From Eledone cirrhosa (Eukaryota), in contig OZ024742.1 in the NCBI GenBank assembly GCA_964016885.1, positions 294,500,001-294,564,000 on the forward strand: a DNA stretch of 64,000 nt. Direction: 5' to 3'. Shown piece after piece: positions 49,560 to 61,500 of the stretch. A program made the position numbers and the translations under genes. Every line of letters starts with the position of its first letter. Positions within the stretch are counted from its first letter, which is position 1. Below the pieces are notes generated by a model, which was given only the letters and a program-made list of their open reading frames with translations, searched no databases and had not been told where the DNA came from.

Positions 49560-52500
49560 GTAAGTATGCCATCTATAATAATATACAACACTATCACATC
49601 TACAACTACCACTACCACCATTACACCATCTATAATAATGTACAATACCACATCTACAACTACCACTACCACCATTACACCATCTATAATGCTATACAAC
49701 ACTACCACATCTACAACCACCACTACCACCATTACATCATCTATTAGCAGTAGCACTGACATAGTTAATCATAGCTAATTAATCCTTGTCAGTCAAGTTT
49801 GTTACCCATACCCAAACCATATAGGCTTTAGCTTATTCTCGTCTCAGTACCAAGTGAGTAAATGTCACTGATGAAGGATAAAAACCCCCAGCTGCCTGGC
49901 AGTCTCATCCACTATAGAGAAAACTATGATATATATCACAGCTTTTAAAAAATTCACAGCATGACTTTTACACATTTATTATACGTAAGCATATTGTATT
50001 TTCGAGTCCCAAATAATAGAGGGGTGGAATTGGTAATTTTTCTAGGTTGTCTCCGTTGATTTAAAAAAACCCCAGAATTAGTCGTTTAGTTTACATATTG
50101 GGACCCAACCCATCCTATTCATTTTATAACATATGGGATTTCTAGTAATGTATCTTTTTTTGTCATGTATAATGTTTTTTAATGTCTAAAGAAAATTAAT
50201 TGTTGCAGAAATGCTACCACTTAAAATAAAATTTCACCGGAGATAAGTTAGCAAAATTTAATAAGTACGTGGTTGGAAATTCTGAAAAAATAATAAGTAT
50301 GGTGGATGATTATTTGAGACCCAGAAGTATATACTTTCATATACACCCCTATTATCTATAACTTACATTATAACATCTACAAGTACCACTACCACCATTA
50401 CATCATTTATAACAATTTACAACATTACCACATCTACAATCACCTCTACCACCATTACACCATCTATAACTCTTCTGTCTTACCCACCATCTCTTCTACC
50501 TACCTCTCCTTCTCTGTCTCTATTGGGGAATCCACTCCATAGTTCTGTTCATCCATATATTGTCTTCTGTTCTGGTCAAATACCCTGTCACCTCCACTTT
50601 GATTCCTGAAGTATATCTTTAACTTCTGTCTTCTTTCTTGTCCTCTTCATTTCTGTTCTATTTTATTGTACTTCATTATCTAATTGAAAGTATGTTATCT
50701 GTTATGTGTTGTAGAAACCAGAATTTCAGAAAAATGCCAAACAATTTGTAAGTTGTCATTTATTACAAAATTTTCTATTATATTAAACCTTTTATTGCCA
50801 TATTTCTAATGTAAAATACTGCACATGGTTTTCAATTAATTTTGAAAATAATCAAGAATTTGAATGGATTTAGTAATATAACTAACTTTCTCATTATTAA
50901 GCTGGTATTTGGAACATAAGTTAAGAAAGGTTCTTACATAAAATTATGATGGAAGGTTTTTAGATAAATATAAGAACTTTAAAATACAGTTTTGAATTTT
51001 AGAATCAGAGACAGTTTCAAACAGTTTGTAAATGATAAAATATTTTACATAACATGTTTCTCAGTTAAGAGTTTCATCTATGTTAATCTATGATGGATGC
51101 GGCATGGTCTTTTCCAACTAAGAAGTTTCTGGGTTTGGTCCCCCTGCATAGCATCTTGGGCAAGTGTTTTTCACTATAACCTCAGCATGGCTGGGTTGGC
51201 AACAAAAAGGTTAACAAAATAGTCTGAGAGAATATTTATGATCGACAGTTTTAGTTTAAATCTAAGCATTTTAAAATGGGTAGTTTTATGTCATAGAACT
51301 ATGAGTAATTTTAAAATATATTTCAACATTTTCAGATTGTACTGGAAAATGAGCCAAATCTCCCAAGCTTTGTTTTTCCTAAAGACTTACACCCAAAAAT
51401 ATTTTGGCGGGATGTCAGGCAATCTTCAGCTCGAATAATCCCAAAACATATAAGAGCAGAAAGTGGCCAGAGAAAACTTTTACATTCACAGAATTCCAAG
51501 AGGTAACTTAGCATTATTTGACATATTTTTAACCTTTTTATGATCATATTTCTAATGAAAGACACTGCCTATAATTTCCAAAGGATTTTGAAAATAATAA
51601 GCTATTTGGAAGGATTTAATGAAATAACTATCTCTCTCATTGTGAAGCTGGTATTTGAAGCTAAAAGGATCTTACATAACATTATGTTTAGATGAATATA
51701 AGCACTCTCAAACAAACAACTTAATATTGTAGAAATCATCATCATCATCATCATCATCGTTTAACGTCTATCTTCCACGCTAGCATGGGTTTAGACGGGA
51801 CTGTTTAAGGTACTTTGGTATCAAAAGTGTTCCTGAGGTACTCTGTCTGTTACTACGATGAGTGTTCCAGTTGATCTGATCAATGGAACAGACTGCTCAT
51901 GAAATTAATGTACAAGTGGCTAAGCATTCCACAGACACAGAATGTGACAAGGCTGGCCATTCGAATAACAGGTAGTGTTAAACTCTAATTAACTGCATTT
52001 TTACAGTATTACTATTTAGATTTTCTAACTTCAAGTAATTAGTTAAAAAATCAAGTTATTTAAAATCTGCCCCAAGCCGTGTGGCTCATCAGGCTTAAGA
52101 TTATCTCAGTTTCATTGATTTTAAGAGATTGAGAGTATTATACTCTCCAGGATAAGGAGTTAGCCTATTGCCGGGTTAAGTCCAAGTTGATATTGACATT
52201 TACATCTTTCTGCTGAGTGGACTGAAAGCACCATGAAATTAAGTATCTGGCTCAAAGACACAATAGGCTATTTAGACAGGGAATCAAACCCATGACCTTT
52301 CAGTTGTGAGCACAATACAATAGTTTGTGAATATTAATGTGAGTAGTTGCAGAAGTGTAGAATATTAGTTATTAAACCTTAAAAAATAAAATGATGTGTA
52401 CCATCCATTTGCAGAACACTTAGAAATATGCCAGCTTCTCCAGCACCAAGTTTGGCCTCAGATAAATGTACAGATTCTGGAACCAATAAAATTCTGAAAG

Positions 52501-55500
52501 GTAAAATGTGTTAGCTTATTATTTCACCAGCCTCCTCCCCAACTAATTTTATTATCTAGGTAACAGAAGCTATCTACTACTAGTATGGAGTCTTCCTGGG
52601 ATTTGAAAATATTTATTTTACTTGTGTTCTTACTATTAACTATCCCTGTGGATCTATCACATACAAAGTTTACTTTTTATGTTAATAGAATCTACTATAA
52701 CACTACACCTCTAGTGTACCTAAGATTTTACATTGTGAACATCATATAGAGTTACTATCTACTCCTTTTCTCGATATTCAGGGTTTTGACTTTTCCTGCT
52801 TACCAGAACTTAATTTTTTCCAAGTTTTTGATTCTAAGTTCTGTTTCCAAATTTCTTCTCTAGTTCTTCCACAGATTTGTCTGTCAGAACCAAGTTGTCA
52901 GCATACAGGAGTTCCCCTGGGCAGCCTGTCTTAAACTCCTTTGTTGTGGCCTGCAGAACTATGATAAATAGGAGTGGGCTGAGAACAAAGCCTGATGAAC
53001 ACCACCTTGCACATTGAATACTTTATTAAACTCATTGCCTACTCTCACCTTACTAACAGCTCCTCTGTACATAGCTTGCACTGCTTTTATGAGCCATTCT
53101 TCTACACCTAGTTTCCTTATGAACTACCAGATGACATATCGAGGTACTCTGTCAAAAGCCTTCTCTAGATCAACAAAAGCTAAAGAGAGCAGTTTATTCT
53201 TAGCTAGGAATTTCTCTTGTAGTTGTCTGAGGTTGCAAGAAGACATCTATTTTAAGGGTATGTGTGTATGTGTGCGTGCATGTATGTGTATTGCTAATTG
53301 TTCATACATCTGATATAATCACAAAGAGGTTCAATTTCTTTAAACCTTTCGTTTAAATATGTTGCTTAACATTTACAAATAATTTTGAAAATAGACATGA
53401 ATTTGGAGGGATTTAGTAATATAACTAACTTTCTCATTAATAAGATAGTGTTTGAAACATGAGTTAGGTTCTTACATAAAATTATAATGGAATGCTTATG
53501 ATTTTCAAATAGTTTTGATAATAATCAAGAATTTTCAGGGATTTAATAACTTTCTCATTATGAAGCTGGTGTTTGTGGCATAAGTTTGTTTTAAAATTTA
53601 GATGGAATGTTTATAGATAAATGGGTTAGTATGATAGAACCAGGGACAGTTGGAGGTGGTTTGGTATCAAAAAGTTCTTCTTCTTCTTCTTCTTCTTCTT
53701 CTTCTTCTTCTTCTTCTTCTTCTTCTTCTCCTTCTTCTTCTTCTTCTTCTTCTTCTTCTTCTTCTCCTTCTCCTTCTTCTTCTTCTTCTTCTCCTTCTCC
53801 TTCTTCTTCTTCTCCTTCTTCTTCTTCTTCTTCTTCTTCTTCTTCTTCTTCTTCTTCTTCTCCTTCTTCTTCTCCTTCTCCTTCTTCTTCGCCTTCTCCT
53901 TCTTCTTCTTCTTCTTCTTCTTCTTCTTCTCCTTCTCCTTCTTCTTCTCCTTCTTCTTCTTCTTCTTCTTCTTCTTCTCCTTCTCCTTCTTCTTCTTCTT
54001 CTCCTTCTCCTTCTTCTCCTTCTCATTCTTCTTCTTCTTCTCCTTCTCCTTCTTCTCCTTCTTCTCCTTCTCCTTCTCCTTCTTCTTCTCCTTCTCCTTC
54101 TTCTTCTCCTTCTTCTTCTTCTTCTTCTTCTTCTTCTTCTTCTTCTTCTTCTTCTTCTTCTTCTTCTTCTCCTTCTTCTTCTCCTTCTCCTTCTCCTTCT
54201 TCTTCTCCTTCTCCTTCTTCTTCTTCTTCTTCTCCTTCTCCTTCTTCTTCTCCTTCTCCTTCTTCTCCTTCTTCTTCTTCTCCTTCTCCTTCTTCTTCTT
54301 CTCCTTCTTCTTCTTCTTCTTCTTTTTCTTCTCCTTCTTCTCCTTCTCCTTCTTCTTCTTCTCCTTCTCCTTTTTATTCTTCTCCTTCTTCTTCTTCTTC
54401 TTCTTCTTCTTCTTCTTCTTCTTCTCCTTCTTCTCCTTCTCCTTCTCCTTCTTCTTCTTCTTCTCCTTCTCCTTCTTCTTCTTCTCCTTCTTCTTCTTCT
54501 TCTTCTTCTTCTCCTTCTCCTTCTTCTTCTCAGTTATGCCTGAGATGGGTTGTTGGAACAGAGTCCTTAAACACTCCTTCCAGCAAGTGCTGTCAGAAGC
54601 AACCATCTCCGACTGATCCGACTGGATATAGAAGCAAGACCAGCCAAGCTTATGGATATTATCCAACCATCTTGCTTGGGGGTCTACCCCTGGGTCTCTT
54701 GCCAGTTGGTTTTTGCCCATAAAATCTCTCCAGTGATTCTTTCCTGAGACATTCTGACCACATGTCCATAGTATTGGAGCTGTGATCTCTCAATTTGGAG
54801 AAGTAGTGGCTCTACCTGGGATTCCTCCGAAGGGTCTTTGGAGTAATGTTACTTGATAAAGTGTGTAACTCAGAAAGGTTAAAAACAAATCATAAACGCT
54901 ACAAGAAATTTTATAGTTCCCATAATTATTCATGCAATTAATTTGATATATAACAGAACATGCTGGGACTGGTACCAGTGAGAGCCAGAAAAACCGTAGA
55001 GTCAGACTACGTAAGTTGAAAAATGTTTCTTATTCACAGTGTTTGTTTTAAATAAATGTTTGACACCCCTTTACTTAACCACAAGAAAAAGGTGGAATGA
55101 AATTTAGTTATTTGCATATCATTACAGCTATTTATCATCATTATCATCATCATCACACATACATACACATTTATATATCATCATCATCATCATCATCACT
55201 ATCACCATCATCACCATCATACACACACTTACACATTTATATATATCATCATAATCTCATCATCATCATCCCCATGATATGCAAATACATACAGATTTAT
55301 ATATATCATTATAAGCTTCATCATAATCATCATCACCATCATACACACACAAAAATACATACACATTTATATATATATCATTATAATCTTCATCATCATC
55401 ATCACACACACATACATATATACATTTATATATACTATCATAATCTTCAACAACATCACCATCATCATCATCATCATCACTGTTTAACATCTACTTTCTC

Positions 55501-58500
55501 TGCTTGCATGGGTCAGACAGGTTGTCATGAACTGAAGCTAGATTGGTCAGATGATCGTGTATTGCTTGTATGTTTTGTTTTTGACTTGGTTTCTATGACT
55601 TGATGCCCTTCTTAATGCCGAAGCATTTACAACATTGGAAGCATTTACAACTGTTAGAAGTATTTAATCATGATTCCAGCACTACCATCTTACATGATAG
55701 ACTGGATACTTTTTATCATTGTACCACCACTACTTCCTTACAGAGATAACTTATAGAGCTTTATAGAGCCGACGTGGTCATACTTATCATTACACCAGCA
55801 CTACTACCTTACATGATGGGCTTGATACTTTTTATCATGACACCAGCACTACTATGTTACAGGGCTGACTCAGTACATTTTATCATTGCACCAGTGCTAC
55901 TGTCTTACATGATGGACTAGGTACTCTTTATCATTACACCAGCACTACTGCCTTACAGAGTGGACCAGATACTTTTTATTATTGTACCAGCACTACTACT
56001 TTACAGTGTGGGAAGGGTGCATTTTATTGTTAAGCAGTTTTCTGTATTATGTTAATCTATTAGTTCTATATATAGTTGTTAGTAATACTGTGGTAACCGA
56101 AACTACAGCCGATATCATGATAACCCACTTCTGAAAGTGATGGAATCACCAAAGTTAGGTGAAACACATTGTTGGCAATTTACACCTACAGGAAGTAGTC
56201 TTGACACACGGTGTCATGTTGCTGAAGCTAACAGCTGTATCTTGAGGACATATATACTCAGTCTTCTGTTGCTTGTCTACTTACTTAACTATGGAATTCT
56301 TTCTGCAGTGAAATGTCATTGTAATAGTATTTATCTCATTTCATACCAACCCATCTAAAACCATCACAGGTTTTGTGATACAGAACAACTCATTTTAAAT
56401 ACTTATATTAAATAAAATCTTCCATTACAATTTTATAGAAGAAACTTTTGTTAACCCTTTAGCATTTCCATTAATCTATATTTACTATTGTATTTTCATG
56501 GTAAACACTTTATTTTAAATAATTATCTCACATAATATCGAGTCTATGAGATTTTGATATTATCTATTTTAAGAACAATACCTTAACACAAGTATGAACA
56601 GTTGGTTATGGCTGGTTTGAACAAAAAGAGATGAGAGAATTCTGGTTGGATATGGCCAGTTTAAATGCGAGTTATGTTCCAAATTAAATTTACAGTTCAC
56701 ACCCAAGTTTAATTGGTTTCCTATGAGGCTGCATTTCATTGGAGGGTTTTGGGGTGTTCTAATGATAGGGGCCCAGTCCTATCATTATTTTCCAAATACT
56801 AGATTAATAAAGAAAAAGTTAGTTATTTTATTAAATTTCTTCAAATTTATATTATTAGTATTATTTTCAAAATTATTAGGTAGTGTATTTCATTATAAAT
56901 ATATTAATATAAGGGTTCTGAGTGGTTAAGAAGTTCACTTCAAAATCATGAAGTTCCTGGTTAGAGTCCACTGCATGGCTTCTTGGGAAAGTCTCTATTT
57001 GCTTGTCTACTTACTTAACAAGATTTCAGTCCTAGATTTGAACACCTTAATAGAGGCAGTTTTAGGTAGGCTGCTGTTTAAAGGGTTAAATGTATATCCT
57101 GTAATATTTATGGGTTTTCATAGGTTGAAATTTAATCAGACACAAGAAAAATATCTGATAATTAAAATATTATCAATGAATTATTTTTATTATTCAGGAC
57201 ATTCAGCTGGGCGAAAGAAAAAATCCAAAAAAAGATCAAAGAAAACTTCATCTAAAAAAGAGAAAAACAGACAGGTATTTAAGATATTTCATAATTAGAG
57301 TTAATTTTTAATAATTATTAGGTAAATTTAAATGTTTTTCATTAGTGTAAATTAGCTGAGTCATTCTGGCATCAGATAGGATATCTTGTGAAATTTGTTC
57401 TGGTTCAAATTCCAATGAAGTCGACTTTGTCTTTCATCCTTCTAAGTTCGATGAAATAAGTCCCCATCAAGAATGGTGGAATGGCAGAATTGTTAGTGTG
57501 TTAGATGAGATGCCTTGTGATATTTGTTCTGGCACTTGGTACTTTAAAATTTCCCCTAGAGATTTAAATCTCACTGATGGCCAGTGCTAATTATCTAACC
57601 ACAGGACCATAACTGATTATGAAAGCTGCAATAGGTAGAGGAGGATTGTGGCTGTCTATTATTAATGAAAGGTCAGGATTAATCACCGACCGAACCACTG
57701 GACTACAACTGATTATGAAAGTTGCATGGGTAGAGGAAGACTGTGACCATCAGAGGATGAGATTTTTTTTGGTAAGGATGAAACCTGTGCAATAGAATTA
57801 TTCTATCACACAATCAGGTCTCATCTCCAATCAACAGCCAAATGTTGCTTATAGTCAGAAATGGAGAAGGACTGCTTGACATATGTTGACTTCATCTACT
57901 GAGCTGAACCTCACCAGTTTCAACCACTTTCACTTAGTGAAGATATTTAAATTTTGTTCAAGGTGTCAAGCTTTGTAGACAAATGGTATCTCTGATCTCA
58001 CCTCTATTTCAGTTCATTTCTTTCTATATACCATGGAGGCACATGGCTTAGTGGTTAGAGCATTGGCCTTGCAATCGAAAGGTTGTGAGTTCAATTCTCA
58101 GACCGGGTGATGTGTTGTTTCCTTGAGCAAGACACTTTATTTCACATTGCTCCAGTTTACTCAGCTGTAGAAATGAGATGATAGGAGCTGGGGTCCCTAT
58201 CATTCCACTGCAAAGTGGTCGTGGAGGTGCCACGGCAAAAAAGCACCCAGCACTCACTGTAAATGAGGTTGGTGTTAGGAAGGGCATCCAGCTGTAGAAA
58301 TCAAGCCAGAATCAGTTCCCGTCCCACCCTTGCAAGCAGGGAAAAAGCGGACGTAAAATGAAATGATGATGATACCTATGCATATATAGAACTCTGTAAA
58401 ACTTAACTTTGACTTAAATTCATCAACTGGGCATGTGCTATATCATATGAATGAACTGGTCATGGAAAGGGCCCAGCTGAGTAATCTACAGGATTACCAT

Positions 58501-61500
58501 GATCACACAAAAGCAGATGTTTGGCCATATGCTATGCATGCCCCTCAAAGATACCAGTAAGAGTCTTTCTCTCTTGAGTGGAAGCCAGAGAGGGAGGAGG
58601 GGGCTTAAGAGTGAGGAAGACCTGTCAAGTTCTGTTTGAAATTTGTGGAGAATGAACTGGCAGACATGGGCTTGTCCTGAAAGCAGGCTTGTGAAAGAGC
58701 TTACAATCATGGATGGAGATCTTTCACCATATGATGCTTGACAGGGAAGAGGAAGAACTAACTATACTAATGAAACAGCTAGTTACATTACTAAATCCCT
58801 CGAAATTAAAATGAAATATAAAGGTATCAAAATATGTGTCAGGAGATGAGGGTTCTCCTTCTCTCCCTCTAAAAAAATACAATATGGAGTAAAGTAATTA
58901 ACTTATCTAGATTTGAAACTAAATACAATGCTTTACATTCAAAGATTAATCCTTTTGTTACCTAATCACCTGAAACAATCCCTGGTTCTATGATATAAAA
59001 CTTTATTTTAAAGTGTTTATATTTATCCAAGAAATTTCCATCATAATTTATGTAATAATTGTTTCTACTTTAGGCACAAGGCCAGCAATTATCCAGTGCA
59101 TTACTGGTACTTTATTTTATCGACCCTGTAAGGATGAAAGGCAAAGTAAATCTCGGCGGGATTTGAACTCAGACCGTAAAGGGACGTAACTATGCTGGAA
59201 AGCATGGCGTTCGATTCTCTACCGATACTGCCAATCCACCGCCCTGGTGTAATAATCTTTGTTAGTTACATTACTAAATCCCTCGAAATTAAAATGAACA
59301 GAAAATTATAAGCAGTGTTTTTCATTATAAATATGGTAACAAAATGGTTAATACAGACATTGGAGGATGGGAATTATTATATGTTTTGTAAATGCAACAG
59401 AGAATATTAGCTTTGTATTTTCTTTCAGAATCACTTACATGATTGCAAACATTTTGGAACAGATTCAGAGAGTTCCTCTGAAGATGAAGATAACGGTAAT
59501 AGATATGACGGAAGATTTAATTCTTATAAAACAAACAACAAAAATATGAGACCAAAGAAAGAGAAAAACTTCAATCCTGGTCAAAGAAATAAACGAAATG
59601 AGGAGATAGATGAAGTCCATCAAGTGGAAAATGAAGAAGAAGATGAAAATGATGAGGATGAACTGGATGGAATCAAGTGAGTTCAATAATTTTGGTGATT
59701 TACTACCTTGCTGTGCATTGTTAGTGCTTTCATAATTAATGTAACAAGGAAAAGACAAATAAGCAATTAATTAATAATACTATGGAGAAGAAAGTTTTAT
59801 TTCAATGACGACTATTCTAATCTGATTTTGGAAAGTATGGGATATAACTGTAGACATGTTTCAGTCATACTTGGCCTCATCAGCAAAGCACACCCTTCTT
59901 TGTACTTGTCAAATGTGTAATAAGTGAACCATTATATTGATGTATAATAATGTCAAATAGGTGTCAAAAGTTACCATTATAACTAAAAGAAATTATCCAG
60001 GGATGGAGGCACATGGCTTAGTGGTTAGAGCATTGGCTTTGCAATCGAAAGGTTGTGAGTTCAATTCTCAGACCGGGTGGTGTGTTGTTTCCTTGAGCAA
60101 GTCATTTTATTTCACATTGCTCCAGTTTACTCAGCTGTAGAAATGAGATGATAGGGACTGGGGTCCCTATCATTCCACTGCAAAGTGGTCGTGGAGGTGC
60201 CATGGCAAAAAAAAAGCACCCACACTGTAAAGTGGACTTGTAGGCGCCACAGAAAGAAAAGCCCCCAGCACTCACTATAAATGAAGTTGGTGTTAGGAAA
60301 GGCATCCAGCTGTAGAAATCAAGCCAGAATCAGTTCCCATCCCCCCCTTGCAAGCAGGGAAAAGCGGACGTAAAATGAAATGATGATGATGATGATGATG
60401 ATGTCATCTACATCTCAAATAAATGTCTTCCTCATACTGACAAACTAGAGAGGAAATTAGAATTTACATATATTCTGTCACTTGCATTGTTTTATTTAGA
60501 CAGGGTAAGGAATTCTGAGGGACATCGCCCCAGATGTGGCAACTACACTCTATACAAAATTTGAGATGTTTAGCCTTCAGCAGTGGTTCCTAAAGTGGGT
60601 TCCATGGAACACGAGGGTTCTGCATAGGAGTGTCTGGGGTCCCATGAAAAATGTAGAGGAGTATATTTATATTATGACCATATAACAATATTAGACTTTG
60701 GGGTTCCCCCAAAAGTATCTGAACCAAAAAGGGTTCTGCGCTTGAAAAAGTTTGGGAAACCTTGGCCTACATCATTATCTTGTTGTTTCAGCTCAGAAGA
60801 ATATCTTAATTTTGAGTTTACAAAAGACCTTTCATCATTACCAAAGTTTAATCCTGTGTCAAGAATGCCACAGAAACTGTCTGTGAGAAAGAGATCAATT
60901 GTGCCTTCAGTGAAGAAGAATAAAATTGCAAGTGGACATTTTCTGATTATTTTTTTAACATTAAATAACTTCAAATGAACATTTGATAATTTTCAACATT
61001 GAAATATATCAAAAAGGGAAAAATTTCTGGTTATTTTCAAGAACATCATGTGAATAGCTGGTTATTATTATTTTTTTGTACTGTTTAGTCAGAGAAGAAA
61101 AGGCAGTGGCTTGGTTTCTACAGCTGGATGCTCTTCCTAACACCAACCCCATTTACAGCGTGCACTGGGTGCTTTTTGCTATTACAACGTTGGATAGAGT
61201 GTTTTGCAGTATTCGTTCTGGCTCTCTTCTCTCTCAGTTCAAATATCATTAAGATCAATTTTGCTTTTCACTCATTTGAGGTCAATACAAGAAGTACCAG
61301 TTTAGTTCTGGGGTTGATTTTTCCTCTATATCTCTTTCTTACTTCTTTTCTTTTACTCTCTATCCTTCTCTAGAAGAAATCTATTCTACTCAGGGCAGGA
61401 AAGGGATGGGTTCTTTCAGGCTTAAAAATGCCTTAAGAACTGTAGTATGTCAATATGGTGCCCTTATGACTCCCTCAGGAGTTACGGGTCCATACCATAT

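Noticed and set aside
49560-49778. Thr-rich C-terminal extension of ORF 49083-49778
   Set aside because: Lies beyond a strong gtaagt donor and consists of an intronic tandem repeat.
53607-54722. Poly-Ser/Leu/Lys/Arg ORFs
   Set aside because: Artefacts of the (TTC/TCC)n tract.
58034-58110. tRNA gene
   Set aside because: tRNA-like head of SINE A: no proper acceptor stem, continues into the SINE body. The same applies to degenerate heads near 21195, 34040, 51090, 56920 and 63905.
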